The translations under genes and the position numbers were made by a program. The notes beneath the pieces are model-generated. The model searched no databases. It was not told the DNA's origin and was given only the letters and a program-made list of their open reading frames with translations. 64,000 nt of DNA from Eledone cirrhosa (taxonomy: Eukaryota), in the NCBI GenBank assembly GCA_964016885.1, contig OZ024741.1, forward strand, positions 330,770,001 to 330,834,000, written 5' to 3'. How positions within the stretch are numbered: the stretch's first letter is position 1; every line of letters starts with the position of its first letter. Positions 27,106 to 40,430 of this stretch are shown here, piece by piece.

Positions 27106-27734
27106 GGGATGACACCATTGCCCTCAATGTTCATTTACTAATGCTATTATTACCACTATTATCAACACCACTATCATCATCATTACCATTCCAATACCAC
27201 CATTAACACCACCACCACTACCATTTTTTAGGATGCTAGAATGCAATTTGAAGTAGATTTGGCTGCTACTTCACTTTATTTAGAATGTCTTTACTTCATT
27301 CATCTGCCAGGAGTTGCAACCAATGGAAACATTGTTTCCTTGGTCTGATTTGATGTGTTCCATCCCATTTGGTATGTGAGTGAGGTCTGGGATCTTGTTA
27401 ATCAATTCGATCTTCATTTAATTTAAATCTTTAGGATTAGGCATACACATCTCAACTTTTACTGCCCTGTACCACATATAACGGCATTAGCAAAGCATTC
27501 TTGAAAAGTACAAAAGAGTACTATGATTGTATCATTAAATATTTAAGTCTTTATATTCATTCTGCAAATTTTCACAACAATCTGTCCTCTAGTAAAAATA
27601 TTATAAACATTTGAACTAACAAATCTGTTTTTAGATATTTTCTGCTAAATCATTACAGGATGTTAAGAGTTAATTTATCCCCATGTTCCACCACTGAAAC
27701 TTCGCTCAAGCAGTCAAACTTTTGTATCTTCCAG

Positions 27735-27999
27735 GCAGAAGCGGGACTTGTTGGAAACCTCAGCTGATAACAGAATAATTAAAGCAGATAAACCTAATGA
27801 AGCCCAATGTAGATTTGAAATTCAATGCAAACTTGGTACTGGCTTGCTTGAGGTCTGCATATGTTGTAATGTCACACAGTTTGAAGTTTATGATGAGACA
27901 GAAGGCTACCTACTTACCAGGAAGGGAATCCCTGCTTCAAATGGACTTTTATTTTCTACCGTTTCATTTAAAAAACCAAGGACCATTATCTCTATTAAG
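27735..27999 (+). CDS. C10orf88: C10orf88/PAAT homologue, exon B
   Basis: QCRFEIQC...NVTQFEVYDETEGYLLTRKG...IISIK resembles PCFLYLRC...SARNMEVYLGEEYCGTSRG...CKIK; CAG/GTCAGT boundaries. Confidence 0.75.
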
Positions 28000-28374
28000 G
28001 TCAGTGTATTTATATCTTATTTGAGTTTCTGTTTGTATATCATTGAGAGTGGATTATTTTCAAAATGATTTGAAACAAATAGTCCACAGTGTAAGGTGGC
28101 TGGTGGTCGTGCTGGTGACATGACTAAAAGCACCCTGTTCATGCTGTAAATGTGGTTGGCATTAGGAAAGGCATCTTGCCATAGAAACCAAGCCAGAAAC
28201 AGTTCTGTATGAACAAGACATGGTCATCTGATCTGACTTGTCTCTCAATAGGACAACTCATCTAACCCATGCTTGCATGGAAAAATGGAGCTCAAATGGT
28301 GAGGATGATGATAGGAAGTGTATTTCATTAGAAATATGGTCATAAAGGCATTAAAATTTTTTGTTCTATTACAG

Positions 28375-28560
28375 TGTATTGGAATTACGAACCAGTTCCA
28401 AATGAAAGGGATTTTACTGAGGGTAGAGAAAATAACAGAACCCCTATCTGGCTATGGACTCCTTAATGTGTCCACATTGAGAGACATTATTTTAGAACTG
28501 GGTCCAGAAACTTCTGAAAGAGCCCGTTCTATTCTCAACAACATTGAAACTTACCAGAAG
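28375..28560 (+). CDS. C10orf88: C10orf88/PAAT homologue, exon C
   Basis: LNVSTLRDIILELGPETSERARSILNNIETYQK resembles IDLDKVQTIMESMGSKLSPGAQQLMDMVRCQQ; CAG/GTGAGG boundaries. Confidence 0.75.
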
Positions 28561-28990
28561 GTGAGGACCAGAATTTTTACTGCTCATTACTGACATAATT
28601 TATTAGAGCCCAATGTTACCATTAAGGCCAACTAAGCAGCTGCCTAAGACACAGACCTCAGAGAGGGCACATTAATGAACCATAAAGGATCACAGTTTTA
28701 TACAATTGTGTGTATATATGAGTGTGTGTGTGTGTATATATATAGGTGTATGTGTGCTTGTATATATATATATATGTCTGTGTATATATAGTTGTATGTG
28801 TAGATGTTTTTTTTCTGTATGTGATATATATAGTTGTAGATGTGTGTGTGTGTATAGGTGTATGTACGCATGTATATGTGTGTCTGTATGTATATATATG
28901 TATATAATTGTATGTGTAGATGTATATATATGTGTATGTGTATGCTCTGATTCATGTTATTTCTAAAACTGTTTCTTTCCACATTGAAAG

Positions 28991-29202
28991 AATCAGCAAA
29001 ACCAAATTGAAGATATGTCAAAGAACCTAGCAAAAAATACTTCATCGACATCCAACTTTGATATGTCTCGGGTTGTGTCGGCATTTGGCCAGATGCTTCA
29101 GAATAAAGACCAGCCTGGTGTAGAAGAGAACACATCTCAAACAGCGACATTCTCAGCCCTGCAAAATATTTGTAGTGAAGTTACCAATCAACGGAATCAA
29201 GA
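28991..29202 (+). CDS. C10orf88: C10orf88/PAAT homologue, exon D
   Basis: ...FSALQNICSEVTNQR matches the family motif LQNLCSQV; AAG/GTGAGT boundaries, phase 0/2. Confidence 0.75.
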
Positions 29203-30286
29203 GTGAGTTTTGGATGTTTTCTATTGTTTATATTCTGTTTATACAGCCTGTAAAGAGGTTGGTGTTAGCAAGGCATCCAGCTGTAGAGGATGTTGAGAAA
29301 ACCAACAGATGAGAGGACTCTTCAGTTGTGTTGAGGACGTGACAAGTTTGCTAGTGCCATAATAAAATACACTTCTGTACTCTCTGTAAAGTGGTTGGTG
29401 TTAGGAAGGACATCTAGCTGTAGAAAACCATGCCATATAAAGGGTTGAGAAGAATCTTTAGTTGTGTCAAAAATATGACAACTTCTCTACTGCTGGTACC
29501 ATAATAAAATACACCCAATATGTTATGTAAAGTGGTTGGTGTTAGGAAGGGCATCTAGAAACTATGCCAAACCCAGAATATATGTAAACAAGATATGATC
29601 CCCAGCCTGTCTGGGATGACTAGCTCCATCTCTAAGTATCAACTTACTCAACCCATACCAGCATGGAAAAAAACAGATGTTAAATGATGATGATGACAGC
29701 CACAATGACTATAAAGTTAAGGTGTTGGTCATCAGTTCAAAGCTCACTACATATATTGTGTATGGTATGGTCCCATAACTCCTGAAAGTCATATGGGTGC
29801 AGTATTGACATACAGCATTTCTTGGGCATTTTTTAAGCCTGGTGGATCCCATCCCTCTCCAGGCCTGAGTACAACAGATTTTTTTCAGAGAGAGAAAGAA
29901 TTGACCCCAGTACTAGACTAGTATTGTGTATATAAAGTACTTAATTCCACTAGCTGCAGTTTGCCTGATATAGTACAACCATGATACACAATAACTTTTA
30001 TAAACTACCTCTGCCATTATATACTACTACATCAGTAATACTCTACAATGACACAGGTATGGTATTTACCACACCTGTGACCTACCTACTTGTGCTGTTA
30101 AACAATCAACAGTATCCTGCCTGTATTGTTAAACACCAAACCAGGTCTGATACACCACACCTGTTAGCTATGTTGTTAAACAATCAAGTGTCCTACCTGT
30201 ATTGTTAAACACCAAACCAGGTCTGATATACCACACCTGTTAATTACCTATGCTGTTCAGCTTAACATATCGATCTGTTTGTTTAG

Positions 30287-30461
30287 ATTACTGAAGAATG
30301 ACCCTGTTGACGTATCCAAAATGGTGGAAGACCGTGTATCTCAAGCTGAAATAAAAATCCTTGAGACTGTTGATGACCAACTGAAGCAGATGGAAGATCG
30401 GTTGGGTAGTAAACTGGACGCTTTATTAAATACCATTTCAACCATTAAAACCAACCCATAG
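30287..30461 (+). CDS. C10orf88: C10orf88/PAAT homologue, exon E (stop)
   Basis: C-terminal coiled coil EDRVSQAEIKILETVDDQLKQMEDRLGSKLDALL (cf. MEKKLMDYIDQRIHELQEHIDDKI); joined A-E = 945 nt, 314 aa. Confidence 0.75.
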
Positions 30462-31330
30462 CCTACATTTTGGTAGGTTTTTTTTAAATTTTATCTGACT
30501 TTGACTCACCTACCGAATATAGTTGAATATAAGCCGAGGAATATATGACCTCCAAATCAATGGTAGAAGGCCCGGATGGGGGTGGAGGTGTCAGCTTATA
30601 TTTGAGGTCAATATTCGGGTGATTTTTCAACAACTTCAAATTCTACATAAATAAGGTTTAGATTTATGCCCATTTCTCTGACATAAATTAGTGGTGTTGG
30701 CTTATATGCTAATTTCCTGATTAATGTTTACACTTGCTTCTTGGATAGGTCCTGGAGTTGATATTTGGGCAGTGACATAACATATATAGAAGGCAACATA
30801 TAGAAACATTGAATAAAGACTTTAGGTATTTTGCGAGTTGGGGTTAGGGTCACATCTGAACAGAGAGTTTGGCAAACTTTACATTTAGCAGCTGGTCTAA
30901 ATGTGTGACTAACTTGTGAGTAAAGTTTAGCACAATCTATCAGCCAAATTTTACTCAGCCTCAGTGAAGGTGATGGCAAATACTCTGATAGGATAATGCT
31001 TTTCCTATTCAAGGTAGGTAGATCTCTAATCCAGGATGCTACATGCTGTGACATCTTAAACCTTGTTTTGGCAACAAACCTAGGCAGTGCCAACCATAAT
31101 GCAGAGAAGCAGAAGATATTCAAATACCAGGACCTCATCGACCACTTCCTTTGCATGTTGGTCGACTTCAAGATATCTTATGTTCTCGGTCTCTGAACTT
31201 CTGTTTTCCTTTTTGGAGAAGTGCATCCTACCTAAGGAAGGAGCTCTTTAAAGGGGAGTGGCTGATGCAGTGGGTGTCACTGGTTATTCTCTGTGGTAAT
31301 TCCTTCACCATTTTGTCTATTGGGCACAAC

Positions 31331-31505
31331 TGAGATATACCACCCAGACTGGGGTTTAGAGACTACCACTCACAGCTGAGATATACCACCTAGACTGGGG
31401 TGTAGAGTTTGCTACTCACAGCTGAGCTATACTTCCCAGACTGGGCTGTAGAGTCTGCCACTTACAGCTGAGATATACCACCTAGGCTGGGGTGTAGAGT
31501 CTGCC
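31331..31505. repeat. ~46-bp minisatellite, ~4 copies
   Basis: ctgagatataccacc(c/t)agactggggtgtagag...actcacag repeated. Confidence 0.85.
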
Positions 31506-31719
31506 CCTCGTTCCACCTTCACTTTACTTTCGTTATTTAACTTTTCCCTTTTTTTTACAAATATTATATAACTTTATTGAAATTTGTTTGAAGAAAGAAG
31601 ATATATCTTTAAAAAATTTCAGCAAAAGCTTTAAGTTAATAGGAAAGTTTGGTTTAAAGACTAATATTGGGCTAAATTTAGGATTCTTTTGTATGAGTGT
31701 CAGAGTTGGACTTTCACAG

Positions 31720-32110
31720 CTGACATGGAATGAAGAATCCAGTCATTTGAGCACAAGTGCTTCAGAAAGTTGTTACATGTCCCATACATGGAGCACAAAA
31801 CAAACAGCTTTGTCAGGCAACAAGTTAACAAATATGCTGGCAGACAGGAACCTCTACTTGCAATGGTGAAAAGATGGAAGCTTGTTTGGTATGGTCATAT
31901 ATCCCACTACAACTCCTTGTCCAAAACCATCCTTCAGGGCATAGTCGAGAGAGGTAGACAAAGAAAATCCTGGTCCTGCAACATCAAAGACTAAACTGAT
32001 TACAACACCGAGACCCTTCTATGCATAACAATAGAGACCAATGGCGATGACTGATTGCAATGGCGTCTAGAGTGGCACTCCAATGTCTGGCTGCATCAGT
32101 TATGGGAACA
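31720..32110 (+). mobile_element. Decayed RTE (BovB-like) LINE 3' fragment
   Basis: VKRWKLVWYGHISHYNSLSKTILQGIVERGRQRKSW is a typical RTE C-terminus. Confidence 0.7.
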
Positions 32111-34454
32111 TGATGCTGATGATATTGGGTTAGGTTGGAAATTTGGTTTCAACCTTTTTGTTACCATAGTTCTAATGAAAGATAGACTGCCTATAAATTT
32201 CAAATAATCAAAAAGTTCAAGGGATTTAGTAATATATCTAACTACTTAAGTTAATGTTTGGAACAGTTTAATGAAGGTTCTTACATAAAATTATAAAGGA
32301 AGGTTTTTAGGTAAAGATAAACACTTTAAATTATGCCATTTTATATTGTAGAAGCAGGGGTATTTTGGGGTTGTTTAATCCCCAGAGGGTTTATCTGTGT
32401 TCTGTTAAGTCACTGTTAAGAATATTAACCAGTAGATTGCTACATGGCCTAATGTTAGCTTTGTGGACATTCTAGGTATGACCATCCCATCTTTTTCTTG
32501 TCTTTTTCAGGAATGAGGACTCAATTATTCAATGTATAAAGTTGATATTTCATAAACCACAGCTTTTACTACTACTACTACTACTACCACTACTACAACT
32601 ACTATTATCACCAGTACTGCTACAACTACTATCACCTGTGCTACCACAACTAATATCACCAGTACTACTATCTTCACTACCTCCAGAATCACAGACTCTA
32701 TTGGTAACATCAATGAAACTAAATTGCCACTAGAACCATGCGTAGGCAACTACTATTACCACTACTACTATAACTATTATTATTACCCCCAATACAGTTA
32801 TTACTGAAGCTACAATTACTATGACTACTACTACCACCACCACTAACTACATTCATTACGTCCAATATGAAAAACTACTGGTAATGTTAATAAGACTACA
32901 CAGCCACATGAAACCACTCACTACTACAACAACCATCAAACCATCTCTATTAAGCTATATTTTGTATGTATTGGGGACATCTCACACATAATGCAGTTTT
33001 TTTATACTTCTTTTATCTTTAAAAATTAAGATAAACTGCACTTTTCAAAGCTTGCACTAAGAATGATGACAAGGTGAATTTAATACCTGCTTTTATAGCA
33101 AGTTTATGCAGGTATTAACCCCCCCCCCCCCCCAACCTCTCCGACTTTTATTGCATGCAAAAAAAAAATGTATTATCATGGTGCCCCTATTTTTTATCAA
33201 TCCTGAGTGAAATAAAATAGAGACAGCAACCAGAATAATAATGATGACATTTTTTTAAAAGATTCGCAAATATAAAAAGATATAGAAAAAGCATGACAAA
33301 ATAGCAGATAAATCAAAAAAAGAATGTTGGATATAAAATGATTAACAGAATAAATAGAGAAAATGAGAAAAGAATGTAAAAAGCCATTTTTAAAAATGAT
33401 ATATTTAAAGAAATGTGAGACCAATACAAGAACTTTGAAGAGAAAAAAATGTGACCATAAATTAAATTGAGTTCAAATATGTTGTTTACCAAACTTCTCT
33501 CTTCCACATGCATGTAAACAAGCACACATACATATTTACAAACATATATTTATACTCATATACACACACAGACATTCTTACAAACATTTATACTTATATA
33601 TTTATACACACACACACACTCGTATAAACATATTTATACTCATATATGTACACACACTGATACATTCTTATAAACGTATATTTATACTCATGTATACACA
33701 CTAACACATACACACACAAACATGAATATATATAATCTAATATATACATTCACACCAGCATATATATGTATGCATGCATGTACGTACACATACATATAGG
33801 ATTGTGTATATATACATATATATATATATATACATATATATATAGAAAAGCATATATATTGGCATTGATGTTTTTAGAGTTACCTTGCCATTGATTAAAC
33901 ATATATACTGATTGGAATTTGTTGTTTTGCCACATTCCTATTCCTATAACCTATTTATTGATATCTTCATTGATTGATTTATTTTCAGTTTCTATTGCTA
34001 TTGCCTCAAGAAATGATAATAGCAAGGCATTTTTGGAAAATACAAAATAGTACATAGTTTTAAAAAATTGTCTTTCCTTTAATACAGCATAATCTGTCCA
34101 CTAACAAAGATACTACAAACATTTGAATTAACAAATCTCATTAGTAAAACATTCTTGAAAAGTACAAAAAAGCACTATGATTGCACCACATTAAAAGTTG
34201 TTACTTTAAAAACTGCAAATTTTCAGAACAGTCTGTCTGCCACTGCAGACATTACAAACATTTAAATCAACAAACCCATTTTTAGATATTTTCTGCTAAA
34301 TCGGTGCAGAATGTTAAAAGGTAATGCTGGTGTCAGGGTACAAAATAAAAGAAATCTAGAAACAATAAAATATTGAAAACTTGACCACAGTTTTCTGACT
34401 GGAACCAGTAATATATATATATATATGCTTTGTCTCCCTATTTATATACATATA

Positions 34455-35320
34455 TCATCATCATCATCACTGTTTTACGTCCGTTCTTCCATGCTAGCAT
34501 GGGTTAGATGGGTTGTCCTGTTGTGGGCAGTGTCTGGTCGGCTGACCATGCCTTGCTCATACAGGAACTGATTTTGGCTTGGTTTCTACAGCTGGATGCC
34601 CTTCCTAACACCAACCTCATTTACAGTGAGTGCTGGGTGCTTTTTTTTTCCGTGGCGCCTACACGTCCACTTTACAGTGTGGGCTGGGTGCTTTTTTGCC
34701 GTGGCACCTCCACGACCACTATGCAGTGGGAGGGTGTGGGGGCATATTGTCTATATGCTTCAGCTTGTACCCATGGGAGGTCGAGTACTCTGTATTACTG
34801 CGTGACGCCAGAGGTCACGGTCGTGTGTGTTCGCCTTTGAGAGGTGTAATTGGGTAAGGTCGGCTTTTATCACCTCATCCCAGGTCTTCTTGGGTCTCCC
34901 CACTCCACGGTTTCCATTGACTTCTAGTACTCTGCACCTTTTTATGTAGCTGTCATCCTTCATACGCATCACATGTCCATACCAACGCAACCGCCTCTCC
35001 TGCACACAGCATTTGATTCCTCTTATGCTCAGTCTCTCTCTTAATTCATTTATGCTTTGCCGTTCACGTATATTACTATTACACATCCATCGGAGCATAC
35101 AGGCTTCGTTTCTTTCTAATCTACGTAAATCTTCCACCTTCAGCGCCCAGGTCTCACTACCATGTAACATTGCTGTTCGGGTACACGCATCATACAGTCT
35201 GCCTTTCATTTTGCGGGAGAAGCCTTTTGCAGCTAGCAGTGGCAGTAGCTCCCTGAACTTCTTCCATCCCATTCTTACCCTAGTTATTGTACTTTCTGAA
35301 CACCCACCTCCGCTGCTAAT
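34455..35320 (-). mobile_element. 5'-truncated RTE-group LINE (subfamily B) with (CAT)n tail
   Basis: ORF DRISSGGGCSES...LHGSETWAL...RRLRWYGHVMRM; its 3'UTR differs from subfamily A and is shared with 40655-40870 and 58518-58808. Confidence 0.9.
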
Positions 35321-35494
35321 TCGATCATATATACCTGCTATTGTTATGTAGCTTCTAATTGAATGGAAGCATGGGTGGTGTATTGGTGTAATAACACATT
35401 GGTCCAGCAAACCAAAGATGTGGGTTTGTATCTGATGACGATGGATAAACATCCTTAAATACATACACAGTGCTTTTACATGGGTGCTGAGATC

Positions 35495-36290
35495 ATCATC
35501 ACTGAGGAACTTAAAACTGGTACTCCATGGGAGTTCCTTTATGCTTATGACCTAGTCCTCATATCTGAGTCTGTAGGAAAGTTAGGAACAAAATTTCAAG
35601 CATGGCAGAAGAACCTAGAGCTGAAAGGCCTAAAAGTAAATTTAGCAAAGACGAAAGTCTTAATAAGTAGGAAAGAAGACAGGAAAGTGATCGTGATCGA
35701 TATGTCAGAAAGGGGTGGGTAGAAATTTCATAAGGTGACACAATGTAGAATATGGACGCACAAGAGATGTAGTGGGATTGCAGATAAGCTAACGGAAAAG
35801 AGACTTTTTATGCTCAGGAGAAGTAAGCACAAAGAACACACTTGTAAATAGACTCCCTCGGCTGCCAGGGGAGTTCTTTAGAAGTTATGGACAGCTTCAA
35901 ATTACTAATGTAGGAGGATACACTGAAAGTGTGATAGCTAGGATAACAGGCTAGAAGAAATTTAGAGATTTATAAGCATTACTAACAACAAAATGCTTTT
36001 CTCTCAAAGTGAAGGGTAGACTGTATGATGCCTGTGTACCAACCACAATGTTACATGGCAGTGAAACATGGGCCTTGACTACAGAAGACTTGCAGAGGCT
36101 AGAAAGAAATGAGTTGAGTATGCTCCGATGGATGTGCAATGTTAGTGTGCATGAGCGACATAGCATAAGCAAACTCAGGGAACAACTTAGCATAAGAGGA
36201 ATTGGATGTAGTGAGCAAGAGAGAAGCCTGCATTGGTATGGCCATGTGATGCGCATGGAAGATGGCAGCTGCCTAAAGAAATGTTGGTGA
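35495..36290 (+). mobile_element. Old, frameshifted RTE-group LINE fragment
   Basis: ITEELKTGTPWEFLYAYDLVLI (decayed YADD) ... LHGSETWALTTEDLQRLERNE ... WYGHVMRM. Confidence 0.85.
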
Positions 36291-38821
36291 TTTACACGAT
36301 AACTGCACTCAGTTTACACTGTAAAGTGATTGGTGATAGGAAGGGCATCCAGTCGCAGAAATCTTGCCAAACAAAGGGTTGGGAAGGCCCTTAGTTATGT
36401 CAAAGGCATTACAACTCCCCCTAACCACTTGATGGAGCATGATACCATGCATAAGAGCACAGGTTCTTGGACTGCCTGGGCTCTTCTATTGGGGCAAGAA
36501 ACAACAAAATCTCTAGCATTGATGCCATGAAAATGCACCCAGTACACGCTGTAAGGTGGTTGGTGACAGGAAGGGCACCTCGCTGTAGAAACCATACCTA
36601 AAAAGAGTTGCGGGGACCCTTCAGTTGTGTCATGAATGACAACCTCAATAGTGTTGGTAATATACATGATAAACGTACCCAGTACACTCCGTAAGGTGGT
36701 TGGTGATAGGAAGGGCCTTCAGCCATAGAGAGCTTGTCAAACAAAGAGGTGGGAAGACTCTTCAGTTGTGTCAAAGGCATGACAACCTCTCCTGTGCATT
36801 TAGTAAAACATGAGACAATATGTAAGCAAGATGCAAACCCCAGCTGGCCTGGGAGGTCAGTTGCCCCAGTATGTAGACCTGTCCAACCCTTGCTTGCAGG
36901 GAAAACAAACATTAAACAATGATGATGATATAGCTTTATTTATTTATAAGTGCCAGGTAATGAGAGTGGAATTAGAGGAAGATCACAAAAAATCTGGCCA
37001 GATGGTTAGAACTGATGTCAAAATGCAGAAATTCATAGAGGAGATGACAAACGAATGCTCCAAGTAGATGGAAGTTCTATTGGAAAGGACCCATCCAACC
37101 CATTGAGGCATGGAAGAGAAGTCATAAAGTGTTGATGATATATATATATAGTATATACTGCAAAGTGGTTGGTGATAGGAAGGGCATCCAAATATAGAAA
37201 GCTTGCCAAACAATGGGTTGGGAGGACCCTTCAGTTGTGTTAAAATCATAACTGGTTCCATAGAGCCAGTGTCGTGATAAAATGCATTTGGTAGATTGTA
37301 GGATCATATGTAAGCAATATGCAGGGCCGACAGTCCATCCGAGGGGTCAGTAACCCCACTTCAGTACTGACTTAGTCTGTGAAAACCAGTTGAAGCATTG
37401 CTAGCAGGGAAAATGGATGTTAAATGATGATGAATATATATATATGTATGTACATACACACGCACATATATATTTATATACATACACATGCATTCACATA
37501 TATATATATATCATTATCGTTTAACGTCCATCTTCCACGCTAGTGTAGGGACAGCCTGTCCGAGCTGTCCCTTTGAGAGACCAGAACTGATTTTGACTTG
37601 GTTTCTATGGCTGGATGCCCTTCCTAATGCCAACCACATTTACAGTGTGTACTGGGTGTTTTTTGTCATGACGGCTTTTTAGAAAGCTAAACTGTACAAT
37701 AAAAATGACTAAAGACTGCAAGGGCTGGCGCTACACAGTGCTGAAGAAGACTCAACCTGCAGCTTACAATGTGACTGACCTGCCCTCCTCCTACAGTTAG
37801 TCTCAACTTCTCTACTTCAATCCCCACCACACACACATATTTCTGGCAGCCTCCAGTACATGCTGTAAAGTGAATGGTGATAGGAAAGACATCCACCCAT
37901 ATAAATCTTGCTAAACAAAGCGTCAGGAGGACCCTCCATTCATGTGAAAGGCATTTGGGACACTCAATCGCTTGAAGTTCTCGCCTTTGTCCTGTCAACG
38001 ATGATGGATGACATTCCATTTGACCTGTGACCCCAAACCCTTACCTTCTCAGCCAGCCATGCCTGCCTAACAGATTGACCATTACTACTATGAGAATAAG
38101 ATAGACTAAGAATAGGCACAAACACATAGTAAGTTCATATTGTTATATTATACTCTCATCCTATTCTTCCTGCCATATTGTATCTGCAAGACACAACCCA
38201 ACTTATATATTATATCGTCTTCTCTGATACATACATTTACGTAGCTCGTAGCAGCTACCAATTTATTGTACGGATATATTCAAATCAAATTGAATATTGT
38301 TATTATAAAATAAACATTGTTAACAACTCAATCATGGCATTATTCTTTTCATCCAAACACTCATCAAATCAACAACACAACCTATCCGTTATACATGTAT
38401 AAAAAGAAATTAATAGTGAGACGTTTCCAGGTCAAGTCCCCGTGTGACCGTAGTTGCTATAGCTTCTGCAGTTAGATATAGCAGAAGCCTATTAAATGTC
38501 ATACAAACAAAATGACTGATAATTTGGAACCAGTTGCTGGAGATCTTTATCGTCGTCGGGTAGGAAACGGTGACCTTCGGAAACTTCCTGGAGTCGACAT
38601 TGCGCGAAGTAAATTATTTTTTTCACTCTCTTCTTCTTCATCACATTTTCTTCCTGATAACAACTCTACATCAAACCCTAATTGTCACATTTTTAACACC
38701 GCACACACCCATATATATATATATATATATACACACTTATAAATATATATATACATATCTAACTACGTATATAATATATACATACAAAATATAATGTGTG
38801 TGTATATATATATATATATCA

Positions 38822-39191
38822 GAGAGTGTGTGGTAAGATACCAGGTGGACCATAACCCACCAGAGTATTCGATACTTGGGGTAGTAGAGTGGGTAATATG
38901 AAATGGTTTAGGACCCCGACGGCTGAGCTCCGGTCGTTTCGACAGCTAGATCCGAACTGAGATCGGATCTAGCTGTCGAAACCGTCGGAGCTCAGCCGTC
39001 GGGGTCCTGAACTTGTTTATATATATATATATATATATATATAGCAAAATGTATGACCCCGTCGGCAGAGCTCAAGCCGTTTCGACGGCTATTTCTGGAC
39101 TAAATTAGAATTTTTTTATTACCCACTCTACTACCCTAAGTATTGAGTACTCTGGTGCGTTATGGTCCATCTGGTTCCTTACCACAACTCC
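38822..39191. repeat. Nested inverted-repeat element between (TA)n tracts
   Basis: ~70-bp outer inverted arms (38830-38898 / 39118-39186) and an inner near-perfect ~100-bp palindrome at 38910-39009. Confidence 0.8.
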
Positions 39192-39195
39192 TTCG

Positions 39196-39259
<64 letters not shown>

Positions 39260-39914
39260 GCTCCTACAGAAGGAAAAAAGGTTTTTAATTTTAATTTAGT
39301 AGAGCTTAAGGTCTTAACGATGAGCTGTTTTTAGTATTCTTGTTGGCCTGCTCATTTGCCTGAGAATACGGTAGATATTTTGTGTATAGATCAAAATAAT
39401 AATAAAATATGTGTGTGTGTGTAGACAGATACGCAAATGTTTTCCTGTCATCATTCTGTGACAAAGATTGTAAATAATCCCATAAAACCATCAACTTTAT
39501 GATATTTTGCATCACAATCATTTATACTTGATGGTCATTTACATTAACAACCCAGAAACTAACGCCCAAACATTGTGGAAAATTCCTTTATTTGGCAGTA
39601 TTTGACAATCTAGAAATTCAACTTCACTCGCTGAATTAAAGCAAGTAAAAGTAACTATTGTATCAAAAATCAGAAGAAAAAAAAAACTTGTAAAACTATG
39701 TGTATACTATGTGCCTTCATGTGTATACTATGTGCCTTCATGTGTATACATACGCACGCACACTTATATATATATTATATATATAATAGTAATCATCATC
39801 ATCATCACTGTTTAGCGTCCATTTTTTCCATGCTTGCACGATGGTAGTCAAGTCTGGCCAGAGTTGGCCACGCCGTACCTTGCCCTTCCTAACACCAACC
39901 ACATTTACAGTGTG

Positions 39915-40430
39915 GAACTGGATGGCACCGTTATGAAGAGAGACAGGCCAGTTGGCCGTGCCGAACCCATCTCACAACAGAACCATAGTTTTGGAGCCTG
40001 GTACTGGGTGGCACTGCTATGAGGAGGGACAGGCCAGTTGGCTGTGCCAAACACATCTCACAAGGTAATCATAGTTTGGGTCCCAGTAATGGATGACACA
40101 GCTATGAGGAGGAAGAGGTGCAAAACCACAGTTTGGGAGCCTGGTGCTAGATGCACCACTATGCGGAGGGACAGGCCAGTTTGCTGTGCTGAGCCCTTCA
40201 CAGTGGACCCATAGCTCAGGAAGGGAACTGGATGGCACCGCTATGAGGAGGGCCAGTTGGCCGTGCTGAACCCTTCTCATAGCGGATTACAGCTCAGGAA
40301 ACGCATTTACAGACTGTGGCTGAGACAAATGCCTCACACTTCAGAACCACAGTCTGGGAGCCTGCAACTGGATGACGCCTCTATGAGGATGGACAGGCTG
40401 TTGGTCGCGCCAAACACTTCACACAAGGAC
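39915..40430. repeat. Diverged ~60-85-bp GC-rich minisatellite
   Basis: Repeated ctggatggcaccgctatgaggagggacaggccagttggccgtgc...aaccatagtttgggagc. Confidence 0.75.

Noticed and set aside
30728-31196. 147-aa minus-strand ORF
   Set aside because: No recognisable domain or exon structure; probably decayed repeat sequence
32525-32940. Val/Leu-rich ORFs suggesting a membrane protein
   Set aside because: Degenerate (CTA/CCA)n trinucleotide repeat, probably in the 3'UTR or flank of the PAAT homologue
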